From Methanobacterium sp. (lineage in GTDB: Archaea > Methanobacteriota > Methanobacteria > Methanobacteriales > Methanobacteriaceae), in the NCBI GenBank assembly GCA_003166335.1, contig PMWA01000106.1:8219-32670 (forward strand): a stretch of 24,452 nucleotides of DNA, in the 5' to 3' direction. Made by a program: the position numbers and the translations under genes. Under the pieces are notes generated by a model that ran no database searches, was not told the origin of the DNA, and saw nothing but the letters and a program-made list of their open reading frames with translations. Shown here one piece after another: positions 1 to 9,800 of the stretch; position 1 is the first letter of the stretch; the number at the start of each line of letters is the position of its first letter.

Positions 1-2
1 TC

Positions 3-455
3 ACTGAAATAGCAAAGAATGAAATCTCAAATACAGCTAAAATGCTAAGAGAACAAGTTATGGAAAGAACCAGAAAATATGTCCATTTAATTTTACCAAA
101 AATAACTAACCATAAATACCAGGACGTTAAAATCACTGAAGACTTTAAAATTAAAGTATACTCACCAGAAAAAAATGATTTCGAATCCATCACCGCATTA
201 AGCGGCGGAGCAAGAGACCAAGTATTATTCTCACTCAGACTAGCATTCACAAACGCTATATTAGGTGGAAGATCCAGAAGTAAAGGATTCTCCCTATTCT
301 TAGATGAATTCCTAGGAAGCTTCGATCAAAACCGCAGAGATGAAACATTAAAAATGCTCAAAGAACTCAAAGAAGATTTCAGACAAATATTCCTCATCAG
401 CCATATCGAAGGAATGGAAGGAAACGTTGATCAAATCATAAGAACACCAGAATAA
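3..455 (+). CDS. C-terminal part of an SMC/Rad50/SbcC-family ABC ATPase (5' end outside the window)
   Basis: Frame is open from position 3 (TEIAKNEISNTAKM...). ABC signature LSGG, Walker B/D-loop LFLDEFLGSFD and H-loop IFLISH, with the protein ending shortly after the H-loop as in Rad50/SbcC. Confidence 0.9.
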   Translation, partial: TEIAKNEISNTAKMLREQVMERTRKYVHLILPKITNHKYQDVKITEDFKIKVYSPEKNDFESITALSGGARDQVLFSLRLAFTNAILGGRSRSKGFSLFLDEFLGSFDQNRRDETLKMLKELKEDFRQIFLISHIEGMEGNVDQIIRTPE

Positions 456-529
456 AATAAAATTTATGGTAATATTTATTTTTAGAGGATCAAAATAACA
501 AAACTTTGCAGTATTTTTCATTTGAAATA

Positions 530-538
530 TTTTTTTTT
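530..538 (+). terminator. Putative oligo-T terminator of the Rad50/SbcC-like gene
   Basis: T9 run about 75 nt after the stop codon; archaeal-type terminator by inference. Confidence 0.35.
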
Positions 539-583
539 ATTATTCTTAGATAAGTACCTATAGCCTCAGCTAAAATATACCCA

Positions 584-611
584 ATAGTTGCAAACTGTTC
601 TATAACGAAGT
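584..611. other. Putative 11-6-11 recombinase-type (dif-like) site, left boundary of the island
   Basis: ATAGTTGCAAA-CTGTTC-TATAACGAAGT. TCTATAACGAAG (599-610) recurs exactly at 22257-22268. The left arm is not symmetric with the right arm. Confidence 0.3.
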
Positions 612-788
612 TGAAAAACATATCGAATAAAACTTGTGATTATTGAATTATTTAATTTATGAAAAAAAGCAACATTAAATCAAATTTCGATAAAATATTT
701 GTTTTAAATTTCTTATGAGTAAACATTTGCTTAAGTTAATTGCCATGATATTTACTGTTTGTTGTTTCCGTATTTACTTAATAAATTA

Positions 789-1634
789 TAGTTAAATACT
801 AAACTTTTTATACTTAGTTGTTAATATTTATTATTATGGCTAGGTGGGATAGAATTGGTATTAAACATCAAATGTCGGTTGAAGAACTTGATAAACGGAT
901 TAAATGTTTGGAAAAAGATGTTAAAGTTTTAAATCGGCTACATTTCATAAGAAATAGGTATCTTGGTGATTCAGTTGAATTAGCAGCATCTAAATCCGGC
1001 GTGACTAAACGAGTTGGGTATATTTGGCAAGAAAGATGGAATGAAGAAGGTTATGAGGGATTAATGCCAAAGTACGGCGGCGGGAGACCCGCAAAACTCA
1101 CTGAAAAAGAAAAAATCAATTTAAAAGAATTATTAAGCAAAAAAGACGATTGGACCACCAAAAAAATTAAAAAACTCATAAAAGACAAATTTGGTCCAGA
1201 TTTCTCCGAAAAACATGTTAGAACCATATTAAGAAATCTAGGACTAAAATTCGGCAAACCTTATCCCAAAGACTACAGAAGACCCTTTAATGCAGAAAAC
1301 AGTTAAAAAAACATAAATGCTATCATTAACAAAAATCCAGATGTCATAGGGTTTTTTGATGAATTTTCACCACAAAACACGGCCAACACCCAAAGATTGT
1401 GGTCAACGACCAAACCTGTTATAAGCAAAAACATTACACGTCTACGCGCCAACACCTTCGGATTTTATGCCGTTAAAAGGTCATAGCACAATTAATTTCA
1501 AAGAAAACTCACAAAACGCAAATATGTGATGAAATAGAAAAACACTTCAAAAAATTCTCACAATCAAAAACATATGCCAAAAAATGGATAAAAAAATTCC
1601 TATAAAAAAGTATAAAAAAATAAGTTTTTAACTA
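789..1634 (+). mobile_element. IS630-family insertion sequence, internally deleted and non-autonomous
   Basis: Imperfect terminal inverted repeats 787-815 and 1608-1636 (25/29 identical including the flanking TA). TA duplication at 787-788 and 1635-1636; reconstructed empty site AATTAATT. Encloses transposase fragments. Confidence 0.9.
836..1605 (+). pseudogene. IS630 transposase pseudogene
   Basis: 836-1306 encodes the HTH part (WQERWNEEGYEGLMPKYGGGRPAKL; winged-HTH HVRTILRNLGLKFGKPYPKDYRRP). After TAA the same frame continues 1307-1486 with the first catalytic motif IGFFDEFSPQNTANTQRLWS...RANTFGFYA. A frameshift near 1478 gives GHSTINFKENS, then the terminal peptide EKHFKKFSQSKTYAKKWIKKFL* (1525-1605). 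The second D (LDN) and YSPxLNPIE motifs are absent. Confidence 0.88.
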
Positions 1635-1637
1635 TAA

Positions 1638-4628
1638 TTAATAATATTCCTGAAAATTTTGTAAGATCCTGAATGGATATACCTCTTTATTTAGTTTAAC
1701 AGTAGTTGCAGATTCAACTTTAAATTTAGCCGAATTTCTAACAATTATTTTAATTTCTTCATGTAATTTATCATAGAGATATCTGTATTCTGGAGGTATA
1801 TTTCTCCCTCTAAAGAAATTCATCCTTATATTCTGTAGAGTTATTGCTGCAGTATAGGACCTTCTGGCGTTGCTAGTTTCCAAATCAATTTCAGGAAGAA
1901 GTTCATCTACTTTTTCATAGATCTCAATTAAGTCTTTAAATCCTCGAGGGTGTTCAATTTCATAAATTTGCACCTTACCACAAGAAGTATCTAATATACT
2001 TGGTTCAGCAAACCAGAAGTTTTTAACATAACTTTGATGACTGGCATGGATATCCAAATCTACCAGAATACTGGCTAATTCATCTTTTGCTTCATTTTCT
2101 GATATTTTCTTATCTTCCTGAATTCTATTCAATGATTTTCTAAGTAAACGCATCCATTCAGATGCAGAGTAAATTAAATCTTTAAAACCTTTCCAAGTAT
2201 AAAGAGGAGTTTTAATCAATGTATTTTCGCCCATTTCAACTACAAATTTAGTAAAGATAAGTTTATATGACGCATAAAAACCATGTTCATCTATAATAAT
2301 TTCTTTACCTTTTAAATCATCTATACTTGATTTTAACACTTTTATATCTTCAATAGAATCATAATATTCACTTTTAAATGAAATAATCCTGTCTAAGGGT
2401 AAGAATAGACCATTTCCATCTTCATCAACAACTATAATGACTTCTTCACCAGCATCTATTTTCATCTGATGGGTTTTAAGTCCTTCAAGGGATTTTATCA
2501 GCTTTTTTTCTCCAGTTGGTTTTACATTTTCTTCAAATGTAAGCTCTGATACCATATTATTAATTTTTTCCATATTTTGCAATTCATTTAATGTACATTT
2601 TAATAGTTTAGGTAAAGATTCTTCGGGTGAAGGTATATAAAGAGGTCTTTTATTTTTTTCATTTAATCGGTTTTCTAAAATTGTTTTTAAATCTTCAATA
2701 TTTTGACTGCTACCAATGAAAATAAAGTTTTTAATATCACTTTCTTCAAATTCATATGTAATGTAGGGATTGATGGCCGAAATCACGTAAAATTCAGCTT
2801 CTGGCTCTAATTCTATTTCGAAATCAGACAATTCATTCCAAGTACTTATTCTCACTTTTTCTGGAATATAATCTTCAAAACCATTTTCTATAAGTATTTG
2901 TTCGGTCCCTTTTTTATCAGAATTAGGCACAGAAATAAAAACTACATTATTATCTCTTTGGATAAAATCAGTTAATAATTCAATTATTTTATTCATTATA
3001 GGATTAGAGGGCTCATCATCTACTAAATAATAATCGTTAAATGGTTTAATTATCTCTTGAAAAGCATCATAATTATTTTCTAAAATATAACCCATTATAT
3101 TATCAAAAATCCAGTTACCTCTCCTGAAATTGGTATAAATATTAGTTTCATTTATATATAATGGAGTCTTTATCAATTCATAAAAAAATTTTTTAATATG
3201 ATAATTATCCATTATTTGAATTATTTGAGATATAACTTCTTCAACACTATCTAAACATTTTAAAAGTATATATTCGGCTGATATTTTACTCCCTAATTTA
3301 AATTCATTAAAGCATGAAGAAGTTGCAGATATCCAAGTTGAACTGTTATTATTGTTGATAATTTTTTCCATTAAAGATCCTGAATCCCAAGTATGCACCG
3401 TAATATCATATTTATCTGTAAATCCATCATTGAGTCCTATTTTATAGAGATGTCTTGAATCAGGTTTGACTGAGAACATTAAAACTGTCTTATTTGTAGT
3501 ATCTAAAAATTTAATAAATGCTCTCCCCTTTTGACCATTAAATATGGACTTATCCTCTATAAAGGTGTCAGATTTAGTAAAAATTACTATTTCTGGATTT
3601 ATTTTTTTAACAGCGTTAAAAATTTGATCTGCATTTAAATAATCCGGAATAAAAAAAATCCGATTATTTTCTATATTCATATCACTTAAATTATCATCAA
3701 GAATTTTAATTGAAGATATTTTCTTGTTAACTCTGATCAGTTCATTGATATTCGAGAGCGCTTTCCAGTAACTGATTTTATCAAATTTAAGTTTCCCTCC
3801 CCATCTTGGTTGTTCCTCCAAGGAAATTTCAAAATAACCATCAGGATTTATTTTATCGGGCGGTGTTCTTTTCCATATTTCCCTATCTTTCCATTTAAAC
3901 AATTTAATAGAATTTTCTCCATAAGCATTATCTAATTTATTTTTTAATTTAGTCTTACATCTCCTATAAGAACAATTTTCTGCATCGACAGAATTATCTA
4001 CTTCAAAATCCTGTTCAGCATAATTTAAAGGCTTAACAATTTTAATATGATAAGAAATTTTGTTTCTTTTTTCAAGCACATTTTTTCTATCAAATTTTCT
4101 AGCATCATCAACTATATCCTCATCTATTTCCATTTCAGTTAAATCATTAGAATAGAACAAATTATCAATTATTAAGTCAAATTCTGGTTTAGGAAATTCA
4201 TCATTATCTGTAGAATTAATATTCTTAAAATTAGAAATTACTACAATCTTATTTACGGGATTTTCAAGTGCTAAGTTTGTAATCAGTAAAGGGATAAATT
4301 TAACTTCCTTCCAAGGCCATGTAATGAGATATTTTCCTGATGTATCTACACTTAACCAGTCTAAATATGCTTCTTCAATAACATTTGGATGAATAATCCA
4401 TAAAAGAGGCACTTTCTTTATAAATGCATTATATTCATAACTTCCCCCTTTAATGGTCCTCCAAGTTTTCTTAAATTGAGTAAAATCTATATTTTCATAA
4501 AAATAAGCTTTACATGATGAACATTTTAATAAACCCATCCTATAATCTATTATTTTAATTATGGAACCGCTTGAATGAGGTTCATGGCAACAAGGACATG
4601 TGGGATATTTATGAAAATAGTTTATCAT
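1638..4628 (-). CDS. 996-aa protein, probable DISARM class II DrmE-like component, with N-terminal Zn ribbon
   Basis: ATGA overlap with drmC and last gene of the drmA-B-C operon. N-terminal CPCC...CSSC. No intact NTPase or nuclease motifs. The DrmE call rests on position, size and the linked C5-MTase. Confidence 0.6.
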   Translation of the reverse strand: MINYFHKYPTCPCCHEPHSSGSIIKIIDYRMGLLKCSSCKAYFYENIDFTQFKKTWRTIKGGSYEYNAFIKKVPLLWIIHPNVIEEAYLDWLSVDTSGKYLITWPWKEVKFIPLLITNLALENPVNKIVVISNFKNINSTDNDEFPKPEFDLIIDNLFYSNDLTEMEIDEDIVDDARKFDRKNVLEKRNKISYHIKIVKPLNYAEQDFEVDNSVDAENCSYRRCKTKLKNKLDNAYGENSIKLFKWKDREIWKRTPPDKINPDGYFEISLEEQPRWGGKLKFDKISYWKALSNINELIRVNKKISSIKILDDNLSDMNIENNRIFFIPDYLNADQIFNAVKKINPEIVIFTKSDTFIEDKSIFNGQKGRAFIKFLDTTNKTVLMFSVKPDSRHLYKIGLNDGFTDKYDITVHTWDSGSLMEKIINNNNSSTWISATSSCFNEFKLGSKISAEYILLKCLDSVEEVISQIIQIMDNYHIKKFFYELIKTPLYINETNIYTNFRRGNWIFDNIMGYILENNYDAFQEIIKPFNDYYLVDDEPSNPIMNKIIELLTDFIQRDNNVVFISVPNSDKKGTEQILIENGFEDYIPEKVRISTWNELSDFEIELEPEAEFYVISAINPYITYEFEESDIKNFIFIGSSQNIEDLKTILENRLNEKNKRPLYIPSPEESLPKLLKCTLNELQNMEKINNMVSELTFEENVKPTGEKKLIKSLEGLKTHQMKIDAGEEVIIVVDEDGNGLFLPLDRIISFKSEYYDSIEDIKVLKSSIDDLKGKEIIIDEHGFYASYKLIFTKFVVEMGENTLIKTPLYTWKGFKDLIYSASEWMRLLRKSLNRIQEDKKISENEAKDELASILVDLDIHASHQSYVKNFWFAEPSILDTSCGKVQIYEIEHPRGFKDLIEIYEKVDELLPEIDLETSNARRSYTAAITLQNIRMNFFRGRNIPPEYRYLYDKLHEEIKIIVRNSAKFKVESATTVKLNKEVYPFRILQNFQEYY

Positions 4629-5086
4629 TGAATTAACCTTTTTATTATACTTTCCAGTTTATATGCAATATTAGAATCGTCTAATAAGATACCTAATTCA
4701 TAATTTTTTGAAAGTCCGGCTTTAGTTAAATTTGCAGAACCAATTAGGACTTTTTTCTTATCTGAAATTAGAACTTTGGCGTGCAAAAACTCGTTTGGAG
4801 CTATAAAAACTTTAATATGTGGATATTTTTCTTGAAGTTCAATTAGATCTAGCTGAATACTTTTGAAAAATTCCTTATCATTGTGAATAAATATTTCTAC
4901 ATTCACACCTCGCTGTAGAGCTTTTTCAATGTTTTCTAAAACCAGACTTTCAGTAATTATGAAAACTGTGAGAAGTAAGAATTTGTTTGATCTGTCTATC
5001 AATTCTTTAATTACATCTTCTGTTGGTGTAATTCCGTATCCAATCCATTTATCGCCAGTTGCAACGATTTCAGCATTTGAACTCAT
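4625..5086 (-). CDS. drmC: Phospholipase D-family nuclease, DISARM DrmC-like
   Basis: Single HKD motif HAKVLISD followed by GSANLT and NYELG. ATG directly abuts the drmB stop codon. Confidence 0.85.
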   Translation of the reverse strand: MSSNAEIVATGDKWIGYGITPTEDVIKELIDRSNKFLLLTVFIITESLVLENIEKALQRGVNVEIFIHNDKEFFKSIQLDLIELQEKYPHIKVFIAPNEFLHAKVLISDKKKVLIGSANLTKAGLSKNYELGILLDDSNIAYKLESIIKRLIQ

Positions 5087-6895
5087 TTAATCACCATTTA
5101 GCATGTGTCTATCTAACCACATGTTACCATGTTCACATGATGTTTCAGGAACTAAGAGACAATATATACAGGCTGATCCATTAACTCTATTTGAAGATAT
5201 CCTTATTTTAGAGCATAATGGATCATGAGAACATAATGAAACTAATTTTAAGGCTTCATCCATAATTAATTCGAATTTTTCTGAAGATTCAACCAAACCA
5301 CCCATTCCACAGTCTTCTCCTGCTGAAGTAGTGTATAAAAAAACACCGCCGTTACCATTTGGATCTAAATACACTCTTTCTCGAATAGATGCTGATGAAT
5401 AGCCAGAAAAGAACGAAAGAGCCATAATCAAAGCATGGGAAAGCGAATGCCACCAAACAAATACGGGATTTTTAACCTCATCTTCTCTCCATCTATCCTT
5501 ATATACAGGCATTTTTTCAATCCATTCATCTGAATTATGATTCAAATTTAAATATTCAATGGGATTTTCATCAGATGTTATAAAAATCCCTTCTCCAATA
5601 CCTTCATATACTGGATACCAGTAAGTTCCATCAGGACGAGTAGCTCCGATAGATACGGTTTCAGATTCTATAATATTACCAGTGCCCTTATCCTTCTTTA
5701 AATAAGGCTTTCTCTGATATCCCATCTGAGCAGTTACCGTTTTTATTTTATCAACAGGATAAACTTTAAAAGGAAATTCATTTTCTTCTTTTCTAATTTT
5801 AATATTATATGCATATGGTGGGCCTTTACAAAAATTATCAGAACAGGCCTCCTCACCTTTTAATGTTTCAAACTCCTCAAGTAATATATTATCTACTTGT
5901 ATATCTTCATTATATAAATCACTAGCTAGTTTAATAAGCTCTTCATAGCTATTTTCGTCAATATAATGTTTAATTACTTCTTTACTTTCATTAGCAATCC
6001 TATGATTTCCATCAAGAGCTATTAAAAAACCAGCTTCATCCACATCAATAGCCATCAATCCACTTAATAAGGAAGTTACATCTCCTATCTGTAAAATGTT
6101 AGAAATTGGCTTATCATATTTTGGTATCTTTAGTAATGTAAGCGTATTTGTGATTCTAAGGGATGTAGATTGTCTTTGAACTACTCTCATTCTTTGACCG
6201 CAACTTTTTCTATCAGGTTTGGTTATACCCACTAAATGTTCGCTGGGAATTTCTTTTTCAGGCAATCTACCTGTACATTGGAAATATTTCTGATAAACGT
6301 CTCCCATATTAGTTTCTAAACCACATTCAGGACATGTTATATTTATAGTTGAAAGGGAACTACCTCCTGCATCCCAGTAGAAATAATCTACATTACACGG
6401 AGTTTCATCTCCATGAACTGCTTCTTTCCATCTTAATTCATCTAAATGACCATCAGGACATGCGCACACAAATCTTACATTAGTCTTTGTATTTTTATGA
6501 CAAATAGGACAATTATCATGCTTTGAAGAGTCAAAAAGGACTGGAAGATCAGGATTATGTTTTTCTTCTTTTCCATAACATATTTTCCATACTGGAAAGA
6601 CATAAGTTCTATAAAGACCTTGAGTGTCCTTTTTTCGTTCAGATGAATTTGAAGGAAGCAAAAAGAATCTTATTTCATAATCTTTATATCTAGTCATTAT
6701 TTTCTTTAAAACATGGCTCATACGTAAGTCATGGACCTGATATTTTGTTAATATCCTTGCAAAATTACCTCCTAAACCCCATCCTAAGGCTGGTATAATT
6801 CTAGGGCCATCTCTACCTTCAAGAATAGATCCCGGACCGTATGTTAGTATAAATTGTGATCTTCTTAAATTTTGAACCTTAATCTTTTCAGTCAT
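5087..6895 (-). CDS. drmB: DISARM DrmB (DUF1998 domain protein), 602 aa
   Basis: N-terminal LRRSQFILTYGPGS, RFVCACPDGHLDE, HSLSHALI, and C-terminal Cys cluster CSHDPLC...ACIYCLLVPETSCEHGN.LDR. Start moved to the ATG at 6895, 2 nt after the drmA stop. Confidence 0.93.
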   Translation of the reverse strand: MTEKIKVQNLRRSQFILTYGPGSILEGRDGPRIIPALGWGLGGNFARILTKYQVHDLRMSHVLKKIMTRYKDYEIRFFLLPSNSSERKKDTQGLYRTYVFPVWKICYGKEEKHNPDLPVLFDSSKHDNCPICHKNTKTNVRFVCACPDGHLDELRWKEAVHGDETPCNVDYFYWDAGGSSLSTINITCPECGLETNMGDVYQKYFQCTGRLPEKEIPSEHLVGITKPDRKSCGQRMRVVQRQSTSLRITNTLTLLKIPKYDKPISNILQIGDVTSLLSGLMAIDVDEAGFLIALDGNHRIANESKEVIKHYIDENSYEELIKLASDLYNEDIQVDNILLEEFETLKGEEACSDNFCKGPPYAYNIKIRKEENEFPFKVYPVDKIKTVTAQMGYQRKPYLKKDKGTGNIIESETVSIGATRPDGTYWYPVYEGIGEGIFITSDENPIEYLNLNHNSDEWIEKMPVYKDRWREDEVKNPVFVWWHSLSHALIMALSFFSGYSSASIRERVYLDPNGNGGVFLYTTSAGEDCGMGGLVESSEKFELIMDEALKLVSLCSHDPLCSKIRISSNRVNGSACIYCLLVPETSCEHGNMWLDRHMLNGD

Positions 6896-6897
6896 AT

Positions 6898-9800
6898 TTA
6901 CACCCAAAACCCGGTTGTTTCTTCAATTTCTCTTAGTGATTGAGGAACGTTTTTAAATACAGTTTCAATATCATCTATATGTTCATGTTGAGGATCGCCT
7001 AGAATTACATTATATATAGGCTCATGCCACATACTGTATTCATTAAACTTAAGTTCATCGACATTATTTGCAATCTTTTTCCATCTTCTAATCTGTGTTT
7101 TAAGATATTTTAAAGCAAAGTCCACTGGTGCCGTATCTTCCTTATATATATAGTTTAATCGCGATTTCATATGATTATATAGAAATTCAATATCATCATC
7201 AGCATTATCTTCAGTAATGATAGTACCATCCTTATCATACCATTTTAACTGCATGTTATAAGCATTTCTTAAAAAAGCAACTGCTGAAGACCCCATAGCT
7301 TTCCAAAGAGCACCTTTAGAAAACGGTGATACGGAAACAGGTTCTATTCCCATATGAATTCTATAATGATAAGAAGGGAACGTTTCATAATGACTCAAGT
7401 CTCTGGGTCTTCCAGCTTTTAAAAACGTTACAACCAGTCCGCCATGTGATCTACCTATTCTACCAGTTGCTTGAATATAAGATCCAGTTGTTTTAGGTTG
7501 ACCATTAACAACCATCATTGAAAGATGAGAAATATCAACACCAGTGCCAAACATTGAAGTGGTGAAAATAGCATCATAATTAGGACTTTCTTCTTTATCT
7601 CTCTTTCCATCTCTCTCAATCTCACTAAGAATTAAAGGAATAGTGGTAGATGGCATCCTACTAGAAAGTTCAACAGTTAAATCATGATTAAGTATTCTAG
7701 GAGAACCTCCCGAGATTGCTTTTAATCTTTCTTCTATGTCCTCCCTATAAAGAGCTCCTCCTCCTCCTAATTCCCTAATTGCATTATAATATCCAACTAT
7801 TGTCCAGTAATACAGAATATTTTCCTCATTTCGATGTTCATTAGAAGATTTTAGGATTCTTGACCATAGCCTAACCTGAGGGGTCATAGGTCCTCTTCCA
7901 GGGGCATAAATACCCATATATATACGTCCACGTTTTCCCTCATCCCATGCAGATTCTGGAGCTTCCTCTTTTACGAAAAAACTATCATCTATATCTAATC
8001 CATATGGTGGAAATTGAAAGAGATCTTTTGAAAATAAGAAATTAACCTGTTCCTCTGCATTCTTGATTGTTGCTGTAGATGCTATATATTTAGGATTACC
8101 TCCTATTTTCTTAATTATGCCTTCAACAACTGCTTCATACAATCCAAAAAGGCTGCCTAATGGTCCATCAATTAAATGTAATTCATCCTGAATAATTAAA
8201 TCAGGAGCTTTAAATGGATCAACAGATATGTCATGTTCTTTACTGGATTCTGTTGCTTTATCAGGGAATAGTGTATCACGATGATATCCATAGAACTTAT
8301 TATATTTATTTATATTTCCAAACATTGATGCTGCTCTAGGTTCAAAAGCTAAACGTGCTATTTTATCTGCTGTACTAATTATTACGGTAGGGCATCTAGA
8401 GTATATTTGTTCATCGACAGTATAAGCTGGAATAGGAATTCTCGTACCTAATTTAAATGGACTTTCAATTATTCTTTCGAAATTACCATCTGGTAACTTA
8501 AATCTACTTTCTTCATGCTCCAATGGAACTCCTTCTCTCCAAAAAACATTATTAAGGTTACATTCAGGATTTGGGCACCAAATTTCAAAATCACTATATT
8601 CGTCTCTTTCTCGATGTCTTGCAAGATCTTTTATACTTCCAAAATATCCTTGCCTGTATAGATTTAATGATGCAATTTCAAATGTATCTTTTAACTCATC
8701 CCAAAGCTCGTCAATTTCTTTCTTTTCAATATTCTGATCCGTAAAAATAAATGAAAGAGTATAATAACCCTCTTCATGATTTTTATTTGATAAAGTAGCT
8801 TCTCCTATAAAATCTGTAGTTTCTTTTAAATTTTTGAGTTTTTTTGACACTTCAAGGTGCGATTCTGGCGATTTTACAACAAAATGTAGTTTATTATCTT
8901 CTTTAGGTAATCCTGTTTTAGGAATTGTAAGCCAAGAATCACATACTGGACATTTAATAACTTGGGCTGGTTCGCTAGAACTATTATCCCATTCATCTTC
9001 CCCATTTCCATCTCTAAGTAAAGAAATAGCTTGATTATCTCCTATCAGATGAAGTGGAGATACGGCACTACCTACCCACATGCCAGTTGAAAATCTAACT
9101 GATCCATAAATCCAGTCTCCATCGATATCACAAGAATTTGGCCTCCAACCGATGTATCTTTCTGAACTATGAGATACTCTGAGATACTCGGCAGCGGTAA
9201 TTAGCTTAATTGTTCTTCTGAACTGTTGAACTGTCAACAGCCTAAGAGTATATCTTGAGATTATAGAAGTACCAGCACCAGTTTCTATATGAGGATTATT
9301 AAAAGCAATAATTCTCCTTAAAGCCATTGTAAAAGCCATAATGGCAAGATATGATTCTGTTTTTCCTCCACCTGTAGATATCCATAATAAATCAAGTGTA
9401 TTTCTATCTTCTGAATCTTTATTGATTATTGATTCAATAGTCATAAGAAAAAAAGCAAGTTGAAATGGTCTCCATATGAATTCACCGTTTATTGTAGACC
9501 ATTCATGTTGTTGAGATATACATTTATTAGCAAAACAAAATGCAAGTTTTGCAATAGAGCTAGATTTGAGGGTATGCAAACCAAGTTTAATCCGTTCAAG
9601 TGCTTTAAGCTGCTTATTGATTAGATTATTTGCAATTTTTTTATATTTCTCAGGTAGTTCATCTTTCTCTTTAACGTTACTATTAATCCAATTTTCATAT
9701 TTTTCTAGAACAGGAACTAAAAGTTTATCAAAATCTTCATTAAACCATATTTCTGACAATTTCTTAGCGGATAAACTAGGAGATTTCTCATCCTCAGGTA

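Noticed and set aside
3..455. Upstream SMC-like gene as part of the defence island (Wadjet- or Lamassu-like)
   Set aside because: Canonical LSGG signature, no effector tail, and it lies outside the left boundary site. Partner genes are not visible, so housekeeping Rad50/SbcC is the simpler reading.
488..621. Short minus-strand ORF beginning MFFNFVIEQFATIGYILAEAIG
   Set aside because: About 45 codons, no RBS, runs through a homopolymer tract, no recognisable family.
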